From assembly GCA_948469315.1 (NCBI GenBank), contig CAOKLQ010000009.1, positions 11,168 through 75,167 on the forward strand: 64,000 nucleotides of DNA. Reading direction: 5' to 3'. The DNA is from an uncultured Clostridium sp. (GTDB taxonomy: Bacteria > Bacillota > Clostridia > TANB77 > CAG-508). The position numbers and the translations under genes were made by a program. Numbering within the stretch: position 1 is the stretch's first letter; the number at the start of each line of letters is the position of its first letter. This document shows, in pieces, positions 10,851-20,800 of this stretch. Under the pieces are notes generated by a model. It was not told where the DNA came from, did not search any database, and saw only the letters and a list, made by a program, of their open reading frames with translations.

Positions 10851-11582
10851 ATGAAAAATAACTTAAAATTAAAGATGTTTGTTGGAATATTAATTATATG
10901 TATTACATTAGCTATTAGCAATATATCTAGAGCTTATTCAGCAAATGCAGATTTATTATCAGCTAGTAAATTGGAATCTGGAAAAGATGTAAAAGTAACA
11001 TTAACAATTAAAGATATAGATGCAGATGATGGAATACGTAGTATAACAATTGGTAAAGTATCATATGATACAAATGTATTTGAACCAATAACAGCATCAA
11101 GCTTTGTAGGAGAAAATGGATGGTCAGCAACATATAGTACAAGTTCAGGAAAATTAGCAATAATTAATGGAAATCCTATGACAGCAAATAATTCAGTAGT
11201 AACATTAACATTAAAAGCAAAAGAAGGGATAACTGAAAAATCAACACAAATAAAATTTGAAAACATAGTAGTTGCATCATCATCAACAACAACAGGAAAT
11301 ATTCAAGTAGGAACAAAAACAGTAACAGTATATGAAGATAGAAATTCTCAAAGTGGTAGTGAAGACGAAAATCAAGATACAAATCAAGGTGGAACAAAAG
11401 CAAATACAACAACATCATCTACTAAAAATAATAAAAATATAACAACATCAAAATCAACATCAAGCAAACTACCAAAAGCTGGAGATGCGTCAACAATAGC
11501 TATTGCAACAGTTGCAGTAATACTTTTAGTTATAGCAATTGTGGGTTTTATAAAATATACAAAACAAAAAGACATAAAATAA
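10851..11582 (+). CDS. Sortase-anchored (LPKAG) cohesin-like cell-wall protein, candidate anchoring scaffoldin
   Basis: It has a signal peptide (MFVGILIICITLAISNISRAYS). The cohesin-like segment is GKDVKVTLTIKDIDADDGIRSITIGKVSYDTNVFEPI...VVTLTLKAKEG...IKFENIVVAS, followed by a Thr/Ser/Asn-rich linker. The sorting signal is LPKAG (11469-11483) + hydrophobic stretch + KQKDIK tail. Confidence 0.7.
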   Translation: MKNNLKLKMFVGILIICITLAISNISRAYSANADLLSASKLESGKDVKVTLTIKDIDADDGIRSITIGKVSYDTNVFEPITASSFVGENGWSATYSTSSGKLAIINGNPMTANNSVVTLTLKAKEGITEKSTQIKFENIVVASSSTTTGNIQVGTKTVTVYEDRNSQSGSEDENQDTNQGGTKANTTTSSTKNNKNITTSKSTSSKLPKAGDASTIAIATVAVILLVIAIVGFIKYTKQKDIK

Positions 11583-11601
11583 AAAAGTAAAAAATAATAA
11601 A

Positions 11602-11631
11602 AAAGACGACAATTAAATTGTCGTCTTTTAG
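11602..11631 (+). terminator. Rho-independent terminator after the LPKAG protein gene
   Basis: AAAGACGACAATT-aa-AATTGTCGTCTTT forms a 13-bp stem followed by T-rich sequence. Confidence 0.7.
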
Positions 11632-11721
11632 CATAAAAAAAATAAAAATAAAAATAAAAAAATATTGCAAAGAATAGACATAATTGATAAAATGAAAAAA
11701 ACAAAAAAAGGAGATAAACAA

Positions 11722-12327
11722 ATGAGAAAAAAAGATATGTCTAGTAAAAAAATAGATCTAAGTCAACTAATACAAGATCCAAAAAAAAGAAAAATAATTA
11801 TAATAAGTGCAATAATAATATTACTACTGATAATAGGAATATTAATTATAAATAAAACAGCTAAAAACAATAAATTAAAACAAATATCAAAAGCCCAAGA
11901 AGAATATGGATATGATAAGCCATATGTGCCAGAAGGATTTACACACATAGAGGGAGAATGGAATACAGGATATGTAATAAAAGATATAAACTTAGGAAAC
12001 GAATTTGTATGGATACCAATAGATGGACAAAAGGTAGCAAATTTGCAAAGAAGAAACTGGTCAGTAACAGATATAAGTATCGAAAAGTGTAATGAGCAAT
12101 TAGAAGAAACATTTAAAACAAGTGTAGAAAGATATGGAGGATATTATGTAGGAAGATACGAAGCAGGGACTCCAGAAGGAAAGGAATTTTCATCAGAAGA
12201 TGAAATGAACATAAATGGAAAACCTGTAACAAAAAAGGGATCAACAATATGGAATAACATAAACTACCAAAATGCACGGAACAAGCGCCCAGCAAATGTA
12301 TGGGACAAACCCAGAAATAACAAGTAG
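11722..12327 (+). CDS. Frame segment 1/3 of a TM-anchored FGE-sulfatase(x2)-RCC1 protein: N-terminal membrane anchor + first half of FGE/SUMF1-like domain 1
   Basis: RBS AGGAGA precedes ATG 11722, and the TM segment is KIIIISAIIILLLIIGILII. The sequence PYVPEGFTHIEGEWNTGYVIKD...GGYYVGRYEAG...KKGSTIWNNINYQNA parallels the second copy at 12700-13040. Frame 0 dies at 12327 and homology continues in +1 from ~12278. Confidence 0.75.
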   Translation: MRKKDMSSKKIDLSQLIQDPKKRKIIIISAIIILLLIIGILIINKTAKNNKLKQISKAQEEYGYDKPYVPEGFTHIEGEWNTGYVIKDINLGNEFVWIPIDGQKVANLQRRNWSVTDISIEKCNEQLEETFKTSVERYGGYYVGRYEAGTPEGKEFSSEDEMNINGKPVTKKGSTIWNNINYQNARNKRPANVWDKPRNNK

Positions 12328-13402
12328 CCTAATGAACAGCTATGCATATGATACAATGCTTACATGGCTAGAATCAAGTGGATACAATGTAGAAACTAAT
12401 AGTAGTAATTGGGGAAACTATAGTAATAATGAAAATACAAACAATCAAGTAGAAAAAGCAGGAACAAATAAAAGCTGGAGTGCAAACAACATATATGACT
12501 TAGCAGGAAACGTAGGAGAATGGACAAGTGAAAAAGGAGAAAAAGGACAAATACAAAGAGGAGGAAGTTACTATAACGAAGGAAATATAACACCAGCAGG
12601 AATAAGACAAGATACAAGCAAAACAATAACAGCAAATAACATAGGATTTAGACCAATAATATATAAAACAGGAAACTCAGTAATAGAAGGATATGATAAT
12701 CCATATATACCAAATGGATTTACACATATAGAAGGAGAATGGAATACAGGATATGTAATAAAAGAAGAAACAACAGGAAACGAATTTGTATGGATACCAG
12801 TAGATGGATATAATTTGAATTTAGAAAGAAGCGAATTTGAAAAAACATTTGCAAGTATGGAAAAAAGTACAGATTCAATAGAAATAGCATTTAGAATAAG
12901 TGTATATACACATGGAGGATACTATGTAGGGAGATATGAAGCAGGAATAGATAATACAAGTGGGGACAATGTAGGCTTGCCAGTAAGTAAAAAAGGAGTA
13001 GAGCCATGGACAAACATAAGTATGAACAATGCAAAGCAATCTGCACAAAAAATGTATGAGCAAAACAATGAAATAAACAGCAGTTTAATGAATAGTTATG
13101 CATATGATACAATGTTAAACTGGCTAAAAAAACAAGATTATAGCATTTCAACATATGATGTAGACACAAACTCAAGCACATGGGGAAACTATAAGAATAA
13201 TGCAAACGGAACAAAAGAACTTACAGGGTCAAATGAAAGTTGGAAAGCAAACAACATATATGACATAGCAGGAAATGTATGGGAACAAACAACAGAAAAC
13301 TATAAAGATGAAGTAGTTGTAAGGGGAGGAGACTACTTAAGTAATCGGAGATGTTTTGCCAGCAGGAACAAGAGACCATGCATCGCAAGAAAGTACATTT
13401 AA
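12272..13402 (+). CDS. Frame segment 2/3: remainder of FGE/SUMF1-like domain 1 plus FGE/SUMF1-like domain 2
   Basis: The first part reads SAQQMYGTNPEITSSLMNSYAYDTMLTWL...NIYDLAGNVGEWTSE...RGGSYYNEGNITPAGIRQD...GFRPIIYK. A second copy follows: ...NSYAYDTMLNWL...NIYDIAGNVWEQTTE...RGGDY. These are typical FGE-sulfatase motifs (NVxEWT, RGGS). Confidence 0.75.
   Translation: MHGTSAQQMYGTNPEITSSLMNSYAYDTMLTWLESSGYNVETNSSNWGNYSNNENTNNQVEKAGTNKSWSANNIYDLAGNVGEWTSEKGEKGQIQRGGSYYNEGNITPAGIRQDTSKTITANNIGFRPIIYKTGNSVIEGYDNPYIPNGFTHIEGEWNTGYVIKEETTGNEFVWIPVDGYNLNLERSEFEKTFASMEKSTDSIEIAFRISVYTHGGYYVGRYEAGIDNTSGDNVGLPVSKKGVEPWTNISMNNAKQSAQKMYEQNNEINSSLMNSYAYDTMLNWLKKQDYSISTYDVDTNSSTWGNYKNNANGTKELTGSNESWKANNIYDIAGNVWEQTTENYKDEVVVRGGDYLSNRRCFASRNKRPCIARKYI
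12277..12280 (+). other. +1 frame junction at in-frame CGG-A (GCA CGG A)
   Basis: Paralogy with domain 2 (NNAKQSAQKMY vs NA..SAQQMY) confines the shift to 12277-12283. Skipping C gives NAGTSAQQMY with no gap. Confidence 0.6.
13346..13349 (+). other. +1 frame junction at in-frame CGG-A (AAT CGG A)
   Basis: The shift must lie in 13341-13358, bounded by a stop in the new frame at 13338 and the PAG anchor at 13359. Skipping C gives RGGDYLSNGDVLPAG, the same length as RGGSYYNEGNITPAG with the G aligned. Confidence 0.6.
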
Positions 13403-14597
13403 TTATACAGGATTTAGAGTGATAATGTATAAAGAAGTATTATCAACGCAGAATTCTAATAGATTAAAAATAGCGGCAGGAAGAGAACACTCTTTATATT
13501 TAGATGATTTAGGAAATATATGGGCTTGGGGAAACAATTCGAGAGGACAATTAGGACAAAGAGTAGGAATCGCTAAAGCAACAAAGCCTATTCAAATAAC
13601 AGATTACGAAACAAATCAAGTTAAGTTTATAGAAATACAAACAGATGCAGATACAACTTTAGCATTAGATGAACAAGGTGCAATATGGGGATGTGGACAT
13701 ACTAGTGATGGACAATTAGGAGACGGTACATACTCTAGTGGAACAACTGAACGTAATGAATATGTATTTAAAAAGAGAGTTGATAAAACAGAAGAAGGAA
13801 TAAAATTTACAACAATAGCAAGTGGAGAAGAACATAGTTTTGCATTAGATAATAAAGGAAATATATGGGGATGCGGATATAATAGATATGGAACTCTAGG
13901 AGACGGAACAAGTTCAACAACAGCCATAAATAAATTAAAGCAAATAACAAATTGTGAAGAAAGCGGAATAAGATTTATACAAATAGTAGCTGGAAACAAT
14001 CATGGAGTTGCTTTAGATGAAAGAGGAAATATATGGGCATGGGGATCTAATAGCTCAGGACAATTAGGAGATGGGACAACAACCACTTCTAGAGTACCAA
14101 AACAAATAACCAATTATGAAGAAAGCACAATAAAATTTACGCAAATAGCAGCGTCTGGAAATTATAGTTTGGCTATAGATGAAAAAGGAAATATATGGTC
14201 ATGGGGAGCTAATAGCTTTGGCCAATTAGGAGATGGAACAAAGACTACTTCGAAAGTACCAAAACAGATAACCAATTATGAAGGAAATGTTAGATTTACA
14301 CAAATAGCTAGTGCAAGTGATCATGCTTTAGCACTAGATGAGCAAGGAAATATATGGTTATGGGGACACAACAATAAGGGACAATTAGGAAATGGAACAA
14401 CAGAAGAATCCCTTGTACCAAAGCAAATGACAAATGACGAAAAATTAAAGTTTATGCAAATTTCAGCAGGAGGTAACCATAGTTTAGCACTAGACGAAAG
14501 AGGAAATATATGGTCATGGGGATTTAATAGTTTTGGTCAGCTAGGAGATGAAACAACACAAGATTCTCTTATACCAAAAAAGATATATTTACAATAA
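13356..14597 (+). CDS. Frame segment 3/3: end of FGE domain 2 followed by a seven-blade RCC1-repeat beta-propeller
   Basis: PAGTRDHASQESTFNYTGFRVIMYK completes FGE domain 2 (compare PAGIRQDTS...GFRPIIYK in domain 1). Seven repeats of the type HSLALDE.GNIWSWG.NS.GQLGDGT follow. Confidence 0.8.
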   Translation: MPAGTRDHASQESTFNYTGFRVIMYKEVLSTQNSNRLKIAAGREHSLYLDDLGNIWAWGNNSRGQLGQRVGIAKATKPIQITDYETNQVKFIEIQTDADTTLALDEQGAIWGCGHTSDGQLGDGTYSSGTTERNEYVFKKRVDKTEEGIKFTTIASGEEHSFALDNKGNIWGCGYNRYGTLGDGTSSTTAINKLKQITNCEESGIRFIQIVAGNNHGVALDERGNIWAWGSNSSGQLGDGTTTTSRVPKQITNYEESTIKFTQIAASGNYSLAIDEKGNIWSWGANSFGQLGDGTKTTSKVPKQITNYEGNVRFTQIASASDHALALDEQGNIWLWGHNNKGQLGNGTTEESLVPKQMTNDEKLKFMQISAGGNHSLALDERGNIWSWGFNSFGQLGDETTQDSLIPKKIYLQ

Positions 14598-14866
14598 TAA
14601 CATAAAATTTTAACTACATTTTACTAAGATCACTACGGAATAGAGAACTTTGGCGAATTATAGAAAAGTAAGGATAAAAAAGTAATAATTTGTAATAAAA
14701 TCTTAAAGAAAAAGACATATTACACTTTATTACTTTTTTTATGCTATTTGCGTAAGAGTAAGCGTTTCGGGCTTTGTAACATGGAAAAAACTACTATTTG
14801 ATTTATATCTACAAAATGCTACAATTTATTTGTAAATTTATAGATAAAAATAGTAGGAGAAAAGCC

Positions 14867-17800
14867 ATGGAGCATTTAAAGAAAAACAGTATTAAATTTA
14901 TATTAATTATTATGCTAGTACTAATAGCAGTACTTGCAATATTTATGGTGCCACAAAAAGCAGCTCAAGTAAATAGATGTAAGATAAGTGTTGTAGATAA
15001 TGGCTTTACACAAAAAGTACAAAATGAAGATGTAAGTGTAATGCAAAAAATAATAAATAATACACAAAAAGAATTAACATTTCAAGTAGAACTTGAAAAC
15101 TATCAATATCAAACAACACAAATAGCACTAGTAATAGACAATTCATATTCAATGTGGAGTGGAGATAAACTTATAAATTCAAAAGATTCAATAATTAACT
15201 TAGTAAACAATATATTTAATAATATAGAAAATGTCCAAATGTCTTTATCTACATATGATGGTAATAAAGTTGCAATGGGGACAAACAAAGAAGAAATTAT
15301 AAGTCAAATAAATAATATAAATAATTATCAGGGAATAACATCAAAAACAGGACTTAATTTTGCAAAAGAAACATTTACAAATGAAAATGTAGGTAAATAT
15401 ATGATTTTATTTACAGATGGACAAGAAAAAATAACTGATGTAATATCTCAAATAAAAGAAGATAAAATAAATTTATTAACAGCTTTTTATGGAAATGATA
15501 AAACAATTTCGAACCAATACAAATTAGCAGGAACAGTATATAATATAGAAGATGTTACACAAGAAAATTTAAACAATACAATAACAGCAATAGAAGCAAA
15601 AATAAAATCTAGAATGATAAAAGAAGTACAAAATATAAATATAGAAAATATATTTTCAAATGAAATTGCACAAAATTTTATATTTGAATTAGTAGGAACA
15701 CCAAGTATTGGTACAATTACTAAAACAGATTTAGGATATACATGGAATATTGATAAACTAAACAAAAAAGACAAAGCAACATTTAGCTACAAATTAAAAT
15801 TAAAAAATGACTTAGATAGAAATATAATGTATAAAGATATAAACACAAATAACAAAATGAATGTTAGATATCAAGATTCTGAAAGCCAGGAAAATGTTGT
15901 ATTAGAAAATAACAATACACCAAAAATAAATATAACAGAAACATATACTATTAAAATTAAAGCGATAAATAAGAAGTATACAGGAATAAATGCAAAAAAT
16001 ATAGAATTTAAAATAGAGCAAATTGATAGCTTAGGAAATATACTGAGGACTGAAGTTCAAAGAACAAATAATGATGGAGAAATAATACTAGATGACATAA
16101 CACAAAATGGTACATACGAATTTAAAATAACACAAATTGGAGTACCAGTAGAATATGAACTTAGTGATGAAAGTAAAAGAGTAAAAACACTGCAGATATC
16201 TAAAGATTATATATCTAACAATCTTACAGCTACAACAAATGATGCCGATGATATTTTTGAAATAAGTAGTAATGATTATGAAAAAGTGGTTACAGCTACA
16301 GTAAAATTAGACCCAAAAGAATTTATTTTAAATATAAATAAAATAGATGAAGAATATAAAAACAATTTAGCAAATGTAGACTTTTTATTAATACAGCCAA
16401 CAGTAGCAAGCATTCCATCAGGAGCAACAGTTAATGTAAGAACTGATGAAAGTGGAAAAGCAGTAATTACAGGTGAAGTTGCAGGACAAGGGACATATTC
16501 ATATATACTAAAAGAAGTAAACACACCTATAGGATATTATGAAAATAAAGAAGATATGAATCTTAATATTACATTTAATGAAGAAGGAAAGCCTATAGAT
16601 ATCTCATCTAACTTAGAAAATATATTAATAGATGAAGAAAATAAAATACAACAAGATGCTATAAATATAGATGTAACAAATAAAATGCTAGATTATAAAT
16701 TAAAAGTACAAGCATTTAATGAAAAATATAAAGATATACAAGTAGATAATGTAAAAGTATCTGTAATAGGAAAAGACCAAAGTGGAGCAACAGTATATAG
16801 CAAAGAAGCAACTACACAAAATGGAAAAATAGAATTACCAATAAACAAATATGGTGAAATAGCCTATACAATAAAACAAATTTCAGCTCCAGCAGAATAT
16901 AATATAACGCAAGATGTAACATATACAATAACAAGAAACTTTGAGGACAATAATTTAGTATTAAATTTAGGAGCAGATAACGAAGATATTATTTTAGATA
17001 ATGATAAAAAAGAATTAACTGTTAATATATATTTAGAGCAAAGAACATTTAATTTTAAATTAAACAAAATAGACAAAGATGAAACACAAGTCAAACTAGA
17101 TGGAGCAAAAATAAAACTAATACAGCCATCAAAAAGAGATGCATTAGAAGAAATAACTCAAAATGGAGAATTAAATTTTAATGCAGATGTTGTATGCTTA
17201 GTGGATAATAATAATGGAACATATACTACTAAATATAGCTTAAGTGAAATTGAAAAACCAATAGGTTATCAGAAAATAAGTAAATCTATTGGAATTAATA
17301 TAACATTTAATGATAATGGAGAAGTTATAAATGCAGTAAGTGAAGATGAAGAATATGTAGAAATTATAAAAAGAAATTTAGAAGTAGAAGTAAACTTAAA
17401 AAATGAGAAACAAACATATTCTATGCAATTAATAACAAAACATAAAAATTATGAAGATATAGCTATACCAAATGTTAGGGTGGATATTACAGGAAATACA
17501 CAAAATGGAATATTTTTAGATAAAATAAGCTTAACAACAGATGAAAATGGAAATTCACAAGTAATAGAAAACTTAAAACAAGATGGTAAAATAGAATTTC
17601 AAATACAAGAGACCTGGGTTCCTACAGGATATTTATTAAATAATGAAAAAGCCTGTGCATCATATAATTATAAATCAGAAACTTTATCAACAGCTGAAGG
17701 AAATTCTAAAAACATAAAAGTTGAAGTAGATAATAACCAAAGAATATTAAAAATAACAGTATATATAGAACCAAAAACATTTGATATAGATATAAGTAAG

Positions 17801-20800
17801 ACAAGCTCTATATTAGATGGAAGATTAATTGAAGGAGCAACATTTACATTACAGCAACCAGATATAGGTGAGCAAAAAAGAGATATTATAACAAAAGATA
17901 CAAAACAAGACGAAATCTTAAAAATGACTGCAGAAGTAGCAGGGCAAGGTGGACCATATGAGTATATTCTAAAAGAAGTAGAAGTGCCAGAAGGATACGA
18001 AAACAGTAAAATACAAGTAAAATTTAATATAACATTTGATTTAAATGGAAATATAACTAGAATTTCTACTCAAGAGATCAATAATACTAAAGACAATTAC
18101 ATAAAAGACGAAAGTAGCGATTATATAGCAAATACGCAGCAGAAAGATTATGTAACAATAGGAGATTTAATAAATAACAATAATAATGATGTAATACCAG
18201 TAACTATTGAAAATGAAGTAGAAAAAACAAATTTAGAAATATTAGTAGTAAATAAGAATTATACTCAAGTAGTAGTAAAAGATGTTGATGTAACAATAGC
18301 TGGTCAAACTTCAAATGGGGAATTTTATAGAAATACATTAAAAACAAATGAAAATGGGAAAATTAATATTGCAAGAATAGATAATATAGGAGATTTTGAT
18401 TTTAGTGCAATAGCTATAAAAACTCCAACAGGATATTTACCTCAAACTTCAGCAACAACAGCATACTTAAATAAAGATGCTCAGACAACAAAGCTAAGCT
18501 TAAGAGCAAATAGCACAAATGTAAGTGTGCAAGGTAATAAGATAATTATAAAAATATATTTAGAGCCAAAAACATTTGATATAGAAATAAGTAAATATGA
18601 ACAAGCTTTAGGTGACTTATTAATACCAAATGCTAAATTTTCATTAACACAACCAGATATAGTAGAAGGTATACCAAAAAATATTAATAAAGATAAAATT
18701 GAAAGAAGAATTGTTACAGGAACAACGAAAAAATCAGAAAAACTAGTAATAAAAGCAGAAGTAGCAGGACAAGGAACATATGAGTATACTTTAAAAGAAA
18801 AAGCACCAAGTGGATATGAAGATAAACAAATTGAATATACACTAAAAATAACATTTGATGAAAATGGAAATATGCAGAATGTACAAAGAGCAGACGATGA
18901 AAAGACAATCAGTAGTAGTAGTCATGTAAGTTTAGGTCAATATACTATAAATAAAATACCGCTTACTATAATGAATTATCAAAAAACATATAGTATAACA
19001 GCAGAATTAACTAATACAAAATATAGAGATATACATAGACAAGACAAAATAATAAAAGGAATAAAAATAGAAAATGCAAAAGTTAAAGTAATAGGAACTA
19101 CTAACAATTCAATTGTATATGAAAGTGATATTCTTACTACGGATTCTAATGGACTAGTAACATTTAAGCCTTTAACCCAAAGAGGAGATGTAACATATAC
19201 AATTAAATTAATAGAAGTACCAACAGGATATATAATACCAGAAGATAAAGTTATAGGAATAAATAAAGATGAAATAACGACTGAAATTACAAAAACAAAT
19301 AATGCAACTAATGTAACAATAGATAACACTGAGAAATCTATACATGTAGATATGTTTTTAGATGTACAAACATTTGAAATTGAAATAAATAAAAAAGATA
19401 AAGATGAAGACGATGTTTTAGTTTCAGGAGCACATTTTACAGTTGTACAACCAAGCTTTGCAGATATTGGAAGATCAGATCGTAAAAGAAATGATATAAC
19501 AGGATCAACTAGCCTAAATACACCTTTAAGCTTAACAGCAGAAGTTGGAGGAGTAAATAGTCCATATATATATAAAATAACAGAAGATACTGTACCTTCA
19601 GGCTATACAGTAGATAATAAATTAACACAAATAGAAGTTACATTTAATAAAGATGGAACAGTAAAAGATGTTAATTGTTTAAATGATAATGAGCAAGCAT
19701 ATATAGATAGCACAAGGACAAATGGTTCAAAAATAGCTGTAAATATTGTAAATACTAAAAAGCCATATAACATAAATGTTATAGCATCTAATAAAAAACA
19801 TGAATCAGTAAAAGTAGAAGGGCTAAATTTAAAAATAATAGGAAAAGATAAAACTAATCAAATAGTATATGAAAGTGAACAATTAGTTACTGATTCATCT
19901 GGTCAAGTAAATGTTTCTGGATTAAAAACAACAGGAGATATAACATATGAAATAGTACAATTAGAAAAAGCACCAGCAGCATATATTTTAGGTGATAAAA
20001 AAATAGTAAACTTAAATATAAACAAACAAAATAATGTAATTACATGTTCAAATTCTGTTGATGGAGATATTGTAGTAAATAATAATTCAAAAACCATAAC
20101 AGTAAAACTTTTCTTAGATCCAAAGACATTTATGATAAATATAAGCAAACTAGATTATGATGATAAGCTAAATAACATAAATACTCTAATACAAGGAGCT
20201 ACATTCCAATTAACAGATCCTAGGGGAGTAAGCTATGAGGCTAGAACCCAAAAAGATAGTATATTAAATATGGAAGCAGAAGTTGCAGGAGAAGGAACAT
20301 ATACATATGAATTATGGGAAACATGGCCACAAGGATATCAGGAATTTTACGCAAAAGCAATTTTAACAATAACATTTGACGAAAATGGACAGATAATACA
20401 AGAACAACAAAATCAACAAAGTCAGAGTCCAGTTGTAATTGAAGCGCAGTGGTGGACATGGAGAAGAGATAATGAAGGAAATTTAACTAGCTACAAAACA
20501 GAAAATGAAAAAGGAATAATTGAGCTTACTGGTAATACTACAAATAGCGTAGATTTATTTATTACAAATGTAAAAAAAGAGTATTCTATAGTTATAAATG
20601 CAAAAGATGATAAATATGGAAATTTAGTTGATGATGTTCGTATGCAAATAATTGCTACAGGTGAAAATGGAACACAATTATTTAATAAGATTGAAAAAAC
20701 TGAAAATGGAACTATTAAAATTCCTTATCTTAGATATATAGGGAAGATGCACGTTGTAATAAAACAGGTAAGTGTGCCAAAACAATATAATAACTTTACA

